DNA of 64,000 nucleotides, taken from NCBI GenBank assembly GCA_000989515.1, contig LBOM01000002.1:5453-69452 (forward strand). Reading direction: 5' to 3'. Position 1 is the first letter of the stretch, and each line of letters opens with the position of its first letter. Under the pieces are notes generated by a model. It saw only the letters and a program-made list of their open reading frames with translations. It was not told the origin of the DNA and searched no databases. Source of the DNA: Candidatus Nomurabacteria bacterium GW2011_GWE1_32_28 (GTDB lineage Bacteria; Patescibacteriota; Minisyncoccia; Phycocordibacterales; UBA9973). Positions 35,423 to 45,672 of this stretch are shown here, piece by piece. The translations under genes were made by a program, and so were the position numbers.

Positions 35423-36382
35423 TTATTTTGTGTGTATATGAAGGTATATATCTTCAAGAGCACGTACAGCATCACCAGCAGCGATGTTGTTTTGATGGTA
35501 TAAAATATCTGTACAATCTCCAGCAGCCCAAATACCAGGAGTTTCTGTTTTCTGATTTAATGGATTTATTTTTACACGTCCTCCTTCATCTAATGGAACG
35601 ATATCCTTAATGAAATTAGTGTTTGGAATTTGACCTATTTCTATAAAAATACCAGAGACTTTTAATTTGGTTTCTATATTAGAAATTTTATCTTTATAGA
35701 TTATTCCTTCTACAAAATTTTCACCCTTTATTTCTAAAATATCTATATCTTTGTATGCTTTAATTTTAGGATTTTTAAGAACTTTTTCAACTGTTATTTC
35801 GTCTGCTCTAAATTTTTCACTTCTATGAAGTATTGTTACTGAATTACAGTAAGCAGAAAGTTGTGCAGCACTTTCAAAAGCAGCATTACCTCCACCAACA
35901 ACAACGACATCCATATCTGAAAAAAGGGGACCATCACAAGTTGCACAATATGTAAGGCCTTTATGTTCAAGCTTATCTGCATTTTTTACTTCTAATTTTT
36001 TACGTCCACTTCCTGTAGCTATCAATATTGTTTTAGTTAAAAATTCTTCTCCAGACTCTGTTTTAATAGAAAAAGTTTCAGGTGTTGGACGCCCAGATTC
36101 CAGGTGTCCAACACCCGAAACTATACTTGAAACTTTTTCTCCTTCTTTTACTTCTAATGTTTGACCGTCTCCAGTATTAGCAAGTACGTGTTTTTTTAGA
36201 TTTAGAGCTAAATTAGCACCAGATATAGAAACAGAACCAATCCAGTTATAGATTTGTTCCGACACGATGGATTGACCACCCCATTCCTTGGTTATAAATA
36301 AAGTTTTAAGTTTTTTACGAGAAGCATATACAGCGGCAGCTGCACCTGCTGGCCCTCCTCCAATGATTATTAAATCGTACAT
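35423..36382 (-). CDS. trxB: Thioredoxin reductase
   Basis: FAD motif IIGGGPAGAAAA, redox-active CATCDG, NADPH site. Confidence 0.9.
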   Translation of the reverse strand: MYDLIIIGGGPAGAAAAVYASRKKLKTLFITKEWGGQSIVSEQIYNWIGSVSISGANLALNLKKHVLANTGDGQTLEVKEGEKVSSIVSGVGHLESGRPTPETFSIKTESGEEFLTKTILIATGSGRKKLEVKNADKLEHKGLTYCATCDGPLFSDMDVVVVGGGNAAFESAAQLSAYCNSVTILHRSEKFRADEITVEKVLKNPKIKAYKDIDILEIKGENFVEGIIYKDKISNIETKLKVSGIFIEIGQIPNTNFIKDIVPLDEGGRVKINPLNQKTETPGIWAAGDCTDILYHQNNIAAGDAVRALEDIYLHIHTK

Positions 36383-36406
36383 AAAAAATTAGATTTTAGT
36401 TTATTT

Positions 36407-37603
36407 TTAATCTTTTTTTCTTCTTAGAAATGCTGGAACAGCGCTCCAGTCTTCTGTTTCATCATCTATTATTATCTCTTCTACAACATCTGTCTTTTTT
36501 TCTATTCTTTTTAAGAAATCATTATTATTTTTATTTGAGCTTTGAATGGTATTGTGTATTTCTTTAATTGCTTTTTCTACATTTTCTTCTTTTACTACTG
36601 TTTGGTTTAAAACAGTAGTACCACTAAAAAGATTCTTACGAGGGATATCGTTTGTAAAACTTGTTGCTATAACTGTTACTTTTAATTCACCCTTTTTTAA
36701 TTTTTCATCTCTTATTGTACCGAAGATTACTTTTGCATCTTTGTCTATAGATTCTGTAATTATTTTAGCTGCTTCTTGTATTTCATGGATAGTTACATCA
36801 TCTCCACCTGAGATAGCAAAGAGTACCCCTTTTGCACCATTGATTGAGATTTCTAATAGGGGAGAATTGATAGCTTGCAATGCTGCTTTTGGAGCACGTC
36901 CTTCACCAGATGCGAGACCTATGCCCATAAGTGCACTTCCTGCATCTGACATTATTGCTCTGATATCTGCAAAGTCAACATTTATAATACCGGGTGTTGT
37001 AATCAAATCTGATATACCTTCTACTGCTTGGCGTAATACATTATCACAATTTGCGAAAGCATCTTTGAAGTTTGTAGTCTTGTCGGAAAGTTGTATTAAT
37101 TTATCATTTGGAATAATAATAATTGCATCTACTTCTTTTGCTAATTCCTCAATTCCTTTTTCTGCAATTTTCATCCTATGGTTACCTTCAAAAAAGAAAG
37201 GCTTTGTAACTACAGCGACAGTAAGTATTCCTTGTTCTTTTGCAGCACGAGCTATGATAGGAGCAGCACCTGTTCCAGTACCTCCACCCATTCCACAAGC
37301 AACAAAAATCATATCAGCACCCTTGATAGTATCTTGAATTTCTGACTTTGTCTCTTCAGCAGCCTTTCTCCCAACTTCTGGATTCATTCCAGCGCCTAGA
37401 CCCTTTGTGAGATTTTTACCAATATGAATTTTTTTCTCAGCTAAAGAATGATGAAGATCTTGTGTATCAGTATTCATACATATAAATGACACACCTTTGA
37501 CTTTTGAATTTATCATATGATTTATGGCATTTTTACCGGAACCTCCTATTCCGATGACCATAATACGAGCAAAGCTTTCTATTTCAGGGTTTAATTTAGG
37601 CAT
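36407..37603 (-). CDS. ftsZ: Cell division GTPase FtsZ
   Basis: GIGGSGKNA, GGGTGTGAAPIIA tubulin signature. Confidence 0.95.
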   Translation of the reverse strand: MPKLNPEIESFARIMVIGIGGSGKNAINHMINSKVKGVSFICMNTDTQDLHHSLAEKKIHIGKNLTKGLGAGMNPEVGRKAAEETKSEIQDTIKGADMIFVACGMGGGTGTGAAPIIARAAKEQGILTVAVVTKPFFFEGNHRMKIAEKGIEELAKEVDAIIIIPNDKLIQLSDKTTNFKDAFANCDNVLRQAVEGISDLITTPGIINVDFADIRAIMSDAGSALMGIGLASGEGRAPKAALQAINSPLLEISINGAKGVLFAISGGDDVTIHEIQEAAKIITESIDKDAKVIFGTIRDEKLKKGELKVTVIATSFTNDIPRKNLFSGTTVLNQTVVKEENVEKAIKEIHNTIQSSNKNNNDFLKRIEKKTDVVEEIIIDDETEDWSAVPAFLRRKKD

Positions 37604-37711
37604 ATATTTTTATATTATTTATTAATAAAACTATTTAATTTATATATGTCTTATAATAGCAGAAAATAAAAAAAAGCAAAGCCTTGAGTTTTGCTTAATA
37701 GGGCACATCTT

Positions 37712-38875
37712 TTAAGGCATCAATTGCTTAATATTTGATTTTAATATGCTTTTAATATTTTTTAATATATTTTGGAAAGAACCTTTTTCATAAGAATCAT
37801 TTTCATTATCTGGTATTAGTAAACCAAGAGCTGTAAACCAAGAAGGGTCACGAAGTTTAGTTTTTATATTACCAAAAATTTCTGTTGAACCTATTTTTGA
37901 AGGAAGCTTGAGTGTAGATTTTGAAAATTCTTCAAGCGAAGTTGTGTTAGCACCCCCACCTATAAAAACTATTCCTGCTGGTAATAATTCATTTCTTTTT
38001 ATCTTTTTTAAATGATTTTCTATTAATTCAAAAATATCAGAAAGACGTGCTTCAATTATTTCTTCTAATTTTTTCTTTGAAAAATCTTCTGTAATATTAC
38101 CAAGCTTAAAACGTTCAGCATTTTCTAAAGATACTTTCATTCCAAGTGCTATATCATTTGTAATATCTGCACCACCAATAGAAAAAGTATGAAGTGATAC
38201 AAGTGTCTCATTTTCAAACACAGAAAGAGATACTGTTTCAGATCCTATATTTACTAATCCACAGCCTACTATCTTTTGTTTTTCAGATAATGAGATACGA
38301 CTTGCTGCTTCATTAGAAGCGATTATATCTATTGGGTCTATGCCAGCTAAAGTTATAACCTCTAATAGGTCTTCAAAATGTGAATTGGAACAAGTTACAA
38401 AAAGAGCTTTTACTTCTAATTTAGTACCTATCATTCCTTCTGGTCTACCTAATATTTCTTTTCCGTCAAGCTTGAAAGAAGTAGGATAAACTTTTATTAT
38501 TTTTTTGTTGTTTAAATTTAGATTTTCTTCACAATCTTCTAATGCTTTATTTATATCTAAATTGGTTACTTCACCATCAGCCTTGGAAACTATGCCTATG
38601 CCATTACTTGTTTCTCCTCGTAAGGTTACACCGCCTATTGATACAAAAGCACGTCTGATTTTTATACCTGAATTTTTTTCAGCCATTGAAATTGCATCTT
38701 CCAAAGAAGTTACTACGAGGGGAATATTTACAACATATCCATGCCGAAGACCTTTTGTTTCACTTTCTCCAACACCAATAATTCTAGGATTTTTTTCTCC
38801 TTTAAAAAATTCTCCTACAACAACTCTTATTGTAGTAGATCCAATATCTATTCCTGTTGAAATATTCCTTATCAT
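37712..38875 (-). CDS. ftsA: Cell division protein FtsA
   Basis: Actin-like ATPase fold, GIDIGSTTIRVVV N-terminus, immediately upstream of ftsZ. Confidence 0.9.
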   Translation of the reverse strand: MIRNISTGIDIGSTTIRVVVGEFFKGEKNPRIIGVGESETKGLRHGYVVNIPLVVTSLEDAISMAEKNSGIKIRRAFVSIGGVTLRGETSNGIGIVSKADGEVTNLDINKALEDCEENLNLNNKKIIKVYPTSFKLDGKEILGRPEGMIGTKLEVKALFVTCSNSHFEDLLEVITLAGIDPIDIIASNEAASRISLSEKQKIVGCGLVNIGSETVSLSVFENETLVSLHTFSIGGADITNDIALGMKVSLENAERFKLGNITEDFSKKKLEEIIEARLSDIFELIENHLKKIKRNELLPAGIVFIGGGANTTSLEEFSKSTLKLPSKIGSTEIFGNIKTKLRDPSWFTALGLLIPDNENDSYEKGSFQNILKNIKSILKSNIKQLMP

Positions 38876-38930
38876 TTCTGTACTAAAATTTTAAATTTTA
38901 ATTTTAATACTTTTTATTATATCACCAAAT

Positions 38931-39314
38931 TTAAAATTTAGTACATGATAAGTATTTTTCTTCTGCTTTTTCCATTTTTCTACCATGGTCAAAACCTTTT
39001 AGATGCAACATTCCATGGATAATTAAAAATACTAATAATTCTTTAAAATTTTTATCAAATTTTTTTGTTTCTTTTTTTACCAAGGTTGGACATATTAATA
39101 TTTCTCCAGAAGTTTTTGAAAGAGAGAATGATAATATATTTGTTGCATTATTTTTATTTCTATAATTTTTATTTATTTCTTTGATTTTTCCTTTTGATAT
39201 ATATGCAAGAGATAAAGAATAATTCTTTCCTAAAATATTATTTTTAAGATCAAAAACAGGCAAGTTTGGTAACTTACTTTTAGTTTTGTTTATTACAGAG
39301 AATTTTTCTTCCAT
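38931..39314 (-). CDS. ybeY: rRNA maturation endoribonuclease YbeY
   Basis: HGMLHLKGFDH zinc-binding H3 motif. Confidence 0.85.
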   Translation of the reverse strand: MEEKFSVINKTKSKLPNLPVFDLKNNILGKNYSLSLAYISKGKIKEINKNYRNKNNATNILSFSLSKTSGEILICPTLVKKETKKFDKNFKELLVFLIIHGMLHLKGFDHGRKMEKAEEKYLSCTKF

Positions 39315-39353
39315 ATTTAATTAACTCGAATAAGATATAGACATTATCTTAGT

Positions 39354-39581
39354 TTATTTCATTTTTCCAAGTTTACGAAGTTTCTCTACTTCTTTTCTTC
39401 TTATTAGTCGTTTTAGAGTACCTTTTTTAACTGTAAGTTTGGATTCCTTTCTTTTATTATAGCGAGAACCTTTTACTTTTTGAATTATATTTGATTCTTG
39501 AATTTTACGAGAAAAACGACGCAATATGCTTGAGTTGTTTTCATTTCCATTTTTATTTACTTCTATTACTGTTTTTGCCAT
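39354..39581 (-). CDS. rpsU: 30S ribosomal protein S21
   Basis: Basic 75 aa protein, RRFSRK ... KRL consensus. Confidence 0.8.
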   Translation of the reverse strand: MAKTVIEVNKNGNENNSSILRRFSRKIQESNIIQKVKGSRYNKRKESKLTVKKGTLKRLIRRKEVEKLRKLGKMK

Positions 39582-39794
39582 ATATTGTAGATTATCATAT
39601 AGCTAAGATATAGGCAAGCCACTAGCTTTAATTCTTTCTTAGTAATATAAAAAATATAGATTAGCTTCCTTTTTTTAATTAGTATTTCAATCTAAAAATA
39701 ATAAACCTTATTTTAAAAGTACACAATAAGAGAAAGCATTAATTTGTGTTTTTTCCTAGACTTTTTTATAAAAAAAAGCTAAGATAGTAAGTCT

Positions 39795-40262
39795 ATGGAA
39801 CAATCAGAAAATTATATAACAGAAGAGAAATTTAAAGCTCTTAAATTAGAATTAATAGATTTAAAAGGACCAAAAAGAAAAGAAATTTTGGATACTTTGG
39901 CTTATGCAAAATCATTAGGTGATTTATCAGAAAATGCAGAATATCATCAAGCTCGTGAAGACCAAGGTAAATTAGAGGAACGTATACAAAAAGTGGAAGA
40001 GATATTAAGATCTTCCAAGGTAGTATCTGCAAGCGGAGGTGATATAATTGAAATTGGATCAAAGGTTCTTGTATTAAAAGAAGGAGAGAGCAAAGAAATA
40101 ACTTTTCAGATTGTTGGATCAGAAGAAGCTGACATGGCACAAGGAAAGATTTCTAATAAATCTCCATTTGGTAAAGCACTTTTTGGAAAGAAAAAAGGAG
40201 ATAACGTATCATTTAAAACTCCCAATGGACAAGTTGATTATAGAATCATAAATGTATCTTAG
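39795..40262 (+). CDS. greA: Transcription elongation factor GreA
   Basis: N-terminal coiled coil with DLSENAEY motif, C-terminal FKBP-like domain. Confidence 0.85.
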   Translation: MEQSENYITEEKFKALKLELIDLKGPKRKEILDTLAYAKSLGDLSENAEYHQAREDQGKLEERIQKVEEILRSSKVVSASGGDIIEIGSKVLVLKEGESKEITFQIVGSEEADMAQGKISNKSPFGKALFGKKKGDNVSFKTPNGQVDYRIINVS

Positions 40263-40303
40263 TTTTCCATTAAAAACGGATTAGTCTTAAATTAAAAATA
40301 AAT

Positions 40304-41800
40304 ATGTCTTCAATTGATGAAATAAGGGATATAAGAATAAAAAAAATAAAACTTTTACGTGATAAAGGCATCGATCCATATCCCGCAGAATCAAAAAGAG
40401 AGATTTCTCTTAGAGATGCTGTTGATGGTTTTGTGGATCTTGAAAAAAATAAAGACAGTAAATGGATCTCTGGAAGAATAATGTCCATACGTGGGCAGGG
40501 TGCTATTATTTTTTTGACTTTAAATGATGGTACTGCTCTTTTTCAAGGTTTATTAAAAAAAGATATTATCGGAGATGAAAAATTTGATTTTTTTAATGAA
40601 GTAATTGATATTGGAGATTTTATAGAAATTTTTGGTACATTTTTTGCTACTAAAAGAGGAGAGAAAACAGTAGAAATAAAAGATTGGGTTATACTTTCTA
40701 AAAGTTTGCTTCCTTTGCCAGAAAAATGGCACGGCTTACAAGATGTGGAAGAGAGATTTAGAAAAAGATATTTAGATATTTTGATGGATCCTGAGGTGAA
40801 AGAAATTTTTATAAAAAAGGCAAAATTTTGGAATGTTATTCGTGAGTATTTGATTTCTAAAGGTTTTCTTGAAGTTGAAACCCCAGTAATAGAAAACACT
40901 ACAGGAGGTGCTGATGCTCGTCCTTTTGTAACGCATCACAATGCTTTAGATATAGATGTTTATTTAAGAATTTCTGCAGGAGAATTATGGCAGAAGAAAC
41001 TTCTAGTTGCTGGATTTCCAAAAACTTTTGAAATAGGACGTATTTTTAGAAATGAAGGAATTTCTAATGAACATTTGCAAGACTATACACAGCTTGAATA
41101 TTATATGGCTTATTCAAATTATCAAGAGGGAATGAAGATGACAAAAGAGTTATATAGGTTGATTGCAGAAAAAGTTTTTGGCACTACTAAGTTTTCCATA
41201 AGAGGATTTGAAATTGATTTAAATGCTGAATGGAAGATTTATGATTTTAGTAAAATAATTGAAGATAGGTTTGGTTTTAATCCCTCTACTGATATTTATT
41301 TGAAGACGGGTAAAAAAATAGAAGAAAAAGAATTAAAAAAAATATGTGAAAACTCTGGTGTTGAGTATGATCGTAATGAATATAATATTTCAAGTACAGC
41401 AGATTTACTTTGGAAGAGTATTAGAAAAGAATTTATGGGTCCAGGTTTTCTTATAGGTGTACCTGTGTCTATGGAGCCTTTAGCAAAAAAGAATTTAAAT
41501 AATCCAAACATTGTAGAAAGATTCCAAGTTATTTTGGCTGGTAGTGAAATGGGGAAAGGTTTTAGTGAATTAAATGATCCGATAGACCAGCGTGAAAGAT
41601 TTAAGAATCAGCAAGCTCTCCGTGACGCAGGAGATGATGAAGCACAAATGGCAGATATGGAATTTGTTGAAGCATTAGAATATGCAATGCCACCTGCTTT
41701 TGGTTTTGGTCTTTCTGAAAGGTTGTTTAGTTTTCTTGTAGATAAACCAATTCGTGAAACTCAACTTTTTCCTTTAATGAAACCTAAAAATTTAAAATAA
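40304..41800 (+). CDS. lysS: Lysine--tRNA ligase (class II)
   Basis: OB-fold anticodon-binding N-terminus, class II motifs (FRNEGIS..H..Y, GFGLSERL). Confidence 0.9.
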   Translation: MSSIDEIRDIRIKKIKLLRDKGIDPYPAESKREISLRDAVDGFVDLEKNKDSKWISGRIMSIRGQGAIIFLTLNDGTALFQGLLKKDIIGDEKFDFFNEVIDIGDFIEIFGTFFATKRGEKTVEIKDWVILSKSLLPLPEKWHGLQDVEERFRKRYLDILMDPEVKEIFIKKAKFWNVIREYLISKGFLEVETPVIENTTGGADARPFVTHHNALDIDVYLRISAGELWQKKLLVAGFPKTFEIGRIFRNEGISNEHLQDYTQLEYYMAYSNYQEGMKMTKELYRLIAEKVFGTTKFSIRGFEIDLNAEWKIYDFSKIIEDRFGFNPSTDIYLKTGKKIEEKELKKICENSGVEYDRNEYNISSTADLLWKSIRKEFMGPGFLIGVPVSMEPLAKKNLNNPNIVERFQVILAGSEMGKGFSELNDPIDQRERFKNQQALRDAGDDEAQMADMEFVEALEYAMPPAFGFGLSERLFSFLVDKPIRETQLFPLMKPKNLK

Positions 41801-41813
41801 AAAACATAAAAAA

Positions 41814-41845
41814 ACACCTCACATTGTCATTCGACAAGGAGGTGT
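41814..41845 (+). terminator. Intrinsic terminator after lysS
   Basis: acacctc...gaggtgt stem with inner ttgtc/gacaa pairing, followed by T-rich tract. Confidence 0.65.
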
Positions 41846-42077
41846 AAATTGCTTTTTAAATTTTCTAAATATTAAATATAAGAAGATGCATATTAATGCC
41901 TTTAAAAATAACGTCTTTTTTTGGGGGGTTATCTATATACCTACAGCCTTGTACGGCCTGATATTTATTATTTTTAAATTTTTCTTCTTTGAAGAGCAAT
42001 TCATATCAATCTACATGATTTAAAGAATAAGTCAAAGTTATACAACCTGTAGTTATCCACAGGTTGTATTTTGTTTT

Positions 42078-42123
42078 GTGGGGAATAGTGGTTTATAATG
42101 TATAGTAAGTGGGAAAAGGTGGG
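42078..42123 (+). promoter_or_regulatory. mraZ promoter region with GTGGG direct repeats at 10 bp spacing (MraZ-box-like)
   Basis: GTGGG at 42078, GTGGT at 42088, GTGGG at 42109 and 42119. TATAAT at 42094-42099. About 25 bp upstream of the mraZ ATG. Confidence 0.5.
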
Positions 42124-42144
42124 AAATCAAATAAATAGAAAATT

Positions 42145-42588
42145 ATGCTTATAGGTGAATACATACATACAATAGATGAGAAGAATAGAATTTCTTTACC
42201 AGTAAAATTTCGAAAAGAACTTGGTAAGAAAATTATTATTACACCCGGGCTTGATCAATGTTTATTTGTCTTTACAGCTAGTGAATGGAAAAAGGTTTCT
42301 AAAAGACTTTCTGACTCAGATTCTGATCTTTCTTTTCTAAAAGCTGACAAAAGAAGTTTTAATAGATTTATGTTTGGACGAGCAGTGGAAGTAGATATAG
42401 ATACAATTGGAAGAATTTTGATTCCTGATTTTCTTAAAGAAAGAATTAAGCTTACAGACAAAGCAGCGATAATCGGAGTAGAAGATAGACTTGAAATTTG
42501 GAATGATAAAACATGGTTGCAATATAGAGATGTAGTAGAGAAACAAGCAGATCAATTAGCAGAGAAATTAGGTAGTGGAGAATTTTAA
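42145..42588 (+). CDS. mraZ: Transcriptional regulator MraZ
   Basis: Two SpoVT/AbrB-like repeats, DEKNRISLP and analogous second motif. Confidence 0.9.
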   Translation: MLIGEYIHTIDEKNRISLPVKFRKELGKKIIITPGLDQCLFVFTASEWKKVSKRLSDSDSDLSFLKADKRSFNRFMFGRAVEVDIDTIGRILIPDFLKERIKLTDKAAIIGVEDRLEIWNDKTWLQYRDVVEKQADQLAEKLGSGEF

Positions 42589-43576
42589 GATGAGAAGTGT
42601 ACACAAGACAGTTCTTTTAAATGAAACAATAGATGGTCTAAATTTATCATCACTTGATAAAAAAGATAATGTTTTGATTTTAGATGCAACATTTGGTGGT
42701 GGCGGACATAGTATTGAAATCTTAAAAAGATATCCAAATGTAAAAATAATTGCATTAGATCAAGATAAAGGTGCTTGGGAGAAAGCGAAAGATAAATTTA
42801 AAGGTTTAGAAAAGAGGATTTCTTTTATAAACAAAAATTTTAGAGATATAGATCAAATTTTTCAAAAAGAAAATTTAAAAGATTCCTATGCCTTCACCCA
42901 GGGCGGCATAAGGACAGGGAACCAACACGACGCTTTAAATCTTTCAAATTATCTTTTTGATGGAATTATATTTGACCTAGGCTTGAGTTCAGACCAATTA
43001 GAGAATTCCGGACGAGGATTTTCCTTCATGAAAAATGAGCCATTACTTATGACAATGAAAGAAAATCCTCTTCCAGAAGATCTTACAGCTATGGATATAA
43101 TAAATGGCTGGAGTGAGAAAAGTTTAGCAGATATTATCTATGGCTATGGTGAGGAAAGATTTTCTAGAAGAATAGCAAAAGCAATAATAGAAGCCAGAAA
43201 ATTAAATAGTATAGAGAATACAGAAGATTTAGTAAAAGTTATTAGCGACAGTGTTCCAGCATCATACAGAAGACAGAGACTGCATTTTGCAACAAGAACA
43301 TTTCAAGCATTAAGAATAGCAGTAAATGATGAATTAGGGGTGTTAGAGAAGGGTTTAGAAGCTGGACTAAGAGTTCTTAAAAAAGGAGGCAGAATATCAG
43401 TAATTTCATTTCATAGTTTAGAAGATAGGATTGTGAAGAGATTCTTTAAAGATAAAAAAGATAAAGAAGAAGTAATTTTAATAAATAAAAAACCAATAAT
43501 AGCAAACGAAGAAGAAATAATAAATAATCCAAGATCAAGAAGTAGTAAATTACGAATTTTAGAAAAAATTATATGA
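42575..43576 (+). CDS. rsmH: 16S rRNA (cytosine1402-N4)-methyltransferase RsmH, with 17-codon insertion derived from a dispersed repeat
   Basis: DATFGGGGHS SAM motif, DLGLSSDQLE, GFSFMKNEPL, ISFHSLEDRIVK. Confidence 0.9.
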   Translation: MENFKMRSVHKTVLLNETIDGLNLSSLDKKDNVLILDATFGGGGHSIEILKRYPNVKIIALDQDKGAWEKAKDKFKGLEKRISFINKNFRDIDQIFQKENLKDSYAFTQGGIRTGNQHDALNLSNYLFDGIIFDLGLSSDQLENSGRGFSFMKNEPLLMTMKENPLPEDLTAMDIINGWSEKSLADIIYGYGEERFSRRIAKAIIEARKLNSIENTEDLVKVISDSVPASYRRQRLHFATRTFQALRIAVNDELGVLEKGLEAGLRVLKKGGRISVISFHSLEDRIVKRFFKDKKDKEEVILINKKPIIANEEEIINNPRSRSSKLRILEKII

Positions 43577-43929
43577 AAACAGCAAGTTTAAAACTAAAGA
43601 GTTATGCTAATAATGTAAATATTATAGATAATGGTAATTTAAACAGGAAGATTTTAAATATAATGCTTTGGATTATTGCTTTTCTTACATTTTCTTATGT
43701 TTTCTTTTTAGGTAATGTAGTTTTTGATATTGTAGAACGTAAATCTCTTGAAACATATGCACGTACTTTGTCTAATGATGTGGGTGATCTAGAATTGGAA
43801 TATCTTTCAATGTCTCAAAAAGTTGATCTTAATCTAGCATATTCTCTTGGCTTTAAAGAAATAAAAAATAAAGAGTATGCAACTCGAAAAGCACTTGGCA
43901 GTATAAGTATTGCTAAAAATGAAATATAG
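43573..43929 (+). CDS. ftsL: Cell division protein FtsL-like
   Basis: Small bitopic protein (TM then coiled coil) at the conserved position between rsmH and ftsI. Confidence 0.55.
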   Translation: MKTASLKLKSYANNVNIIDNGNLNRKILNIMLWIIAFLTFSYVFFLGNVVFDIVERKSLETYARTLSNDVGDLELEYLSMSQKVDLNLAYSLGFKEIKNKEYATRKALGSISIAKNEI

Positions 43930-45631
43930 TTTTCTAATTAGAACTAGAGTTATATTTTTTTGTATTTCACTTTTTGCTCTGATTTTAATTGGTAAGCTTT
44001 TTTTAGTGCAAATAGTGCATAGTCGTGAATATTCTGATAGAGCAGACAGACAATATTCTACACCTTCATCTAATATTTTTGAGCGTGGAAGTATTTATTT
44101 TTCACAAAAAGATGGTCAGGTTGTTTCTGCTGCAATGCAGACTACTGGATTTAAAGTGGCTATTGATCCTACAAAAATAATAGACAAAGAATCATCTTAT
44201 TCTGAATTATCAAAAATAATAGATATTGATCATGATGTTTTTTTAGCGAAAGCGAATAAAAAAAATGATCCATATGAAGAAATTGCTAATTATCTCTCTA
44301 AAGAAGAAGCAGATGCTATAAGTTTTTTGAAGATTCCAGGTATTTCTATTTATAAAGAAAAATGGCGTTTTTATCCAGGGATTAATTTAGCAGCCCAATC
44401 TTTGGGTTTTGTAGCATACAAAGGAGATGAACTAGCAGGACGTTATGGCCTTGAAAGACAATATAATAATGAACTTTCAAGAGATAAAAATAATCCTTAT
44501 GTTAATTTCTTTGCAGAAGTTTTTTCTAACATTAATGATACTTTATTTAGTAGTGAGTCTAGAGCAGGAGATATAGTCACAACGATAGAACCATCTGTGC
44601 AGAATTTTTTAGAAAAAACAATACAAGGTGTCAAAGATAAATATCAGGTAGATTCTATTGCTGGGATAATAATGAATCCTGTTGATGGCTCTATATATGC
44701 ACTTAGTAGTAAACCTGATTTTGATCTTAATAATTTTTCTAAAGTTAAAACTGTTTCTACTTTTTCAAATCCTTTAGTTGAAAATGTTTTTGAATTTGGC
44801 TCAGTAGTAAAGCCATTGGTTATGGCTGGAGCATTAGATGCAGGTGTCGTCACAGCTAATACAACATACAATGATAGTGGATCTGTTATAGTTGAAGATA
44901 AAGAAATATTTAATTTTGATAAAAAGGGTCGTGGTGTTGTAAATATGCAAGAAGTTTTAAACCAATCACTTAATACTGGTATGGTTTTTGTTTATAAAAA
45001 ATTAGGAAAAGAAAAATTCCGTGATTATATGCTTTCTTATGGTATAAAAGAAAAAACTGGAATAGATTTACCAAATGAGACAAGTGGCCTTGTTTCTAAT
45101 CTAATAAACAGTCCACGTGATATTGAATATGCAAATGCTTCTTTTGGTCAAGGTATAGCTTTGACGCCAATAGAGATAGTAAGAGCACTGGCCTCACTTT
45201 CAAATGGTGGTAATCTAGTTGTTCCACATTTAGTACAAAAAATAAAATATAATGATGGTACAGAAAAAGAAATGAAATATGATACAAAACCTGTAAAGAT
45301 ATCAGCAGCATCGGCAGAAGAGATTACTCGTATGCTTGTAAATGTTATGGATAATTCTATTCAAAACGGAAAAGCTAAATTTGAACACTATAGTATTGCA
45401 GTAAAAACAGGAACTGCACAAGTTGCGAATAATGAGGGAGGAGGATACTATAAAGATAGACACAATCATTCTTTCTTTGGATATTTTCCAGCTTATGATC
45501 CAAAATTTATAGTTTTTCTTTATGCAATTAATCCTAAGGGTGTAGAATATTCATCTCAAACCTGGGTAGATCCATTTTTAAGTATTACGAAATTTTTGAT
45601 TAATTATTATGAAATTCCTCCTGATAGATAA
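43910..45631 (+). CDS. ftsI: Peptidoglycan D,D-transpeptidase (class B PBP, FtsI-like)
   Basis: N-terminal TM anchor, dimerisation domain, transpeptidase SxxK (GSVVKP), SxN and KTG(T) motifs. Confidence 0.85.
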   Translation: MLKMKYSFLIRTRVIFFCISLFALILIGKLFLVQIVHSREYSDRADRQYSTPSSNIFERGSIYFSQKDGQVVSAAMQTTGFKVAIDPTKIIDKESSYSELSKIIDIDHDVFLAKANKKNDPYEEIANYLSKEEADAISFLKIPGISIYKEKWRFYPGINLAAQSLGFVAYKGDELAGRYGLERQYNNELSRDKNNPYVNFFAEVFSNINDTLFSSESRAGDIVTTIEPSVQNFLEKTIQGVKDKYQVDSIAGIIMNPVDGSIYALSSKPDFDLNNFSKVKTVSTFSNPLVENVFEFGSVVKPLVMAGALDAGVVTANTTYNDSGSVIVEDKEIFNFDKKGRGVVNMQEVLNQSLNTGMVFVYKKLGKEKFRDYMLSYGIKEKTGIDLPNETSGLVSNLINSPRDIEYANASFGQGIALTPIEIVRALASLSNGGNLVVPHLVQKIKYNDGTEKEMKYDTKPVKISAASAEEITRMLVNVMDNSIQNGKAKFEHYSIAVKTGTAQVANNEGGGYYKDRHNHSFFGYFPAYDPKFIVFLYAINPKGVEYSSQTWVDPFLSITKFLINYYEIPPDR

Positions 45632-45672
45632 AATAATAAATTACAAATTAACAATTATAAAATTTAAAAAAG

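Noticed and set aside
36546-37337. 263 aa + strand ORF antisense to ftsZ, and similar antisense ORFs (5161-5562, 5411-5767, 14780-15271, 16040-17669, 28270-28605, 33243-33620, 34199-34609, 38505-38894, 39841-40140, 40543-40899, 47746-48093, 54511-54747, 63695-63895)
   Set aside because: All lie antisense to, or out of frame within, strongly supported conserved genes, have low-complexity composition typical of AT-rich shadow ORFs, and lack start signals.
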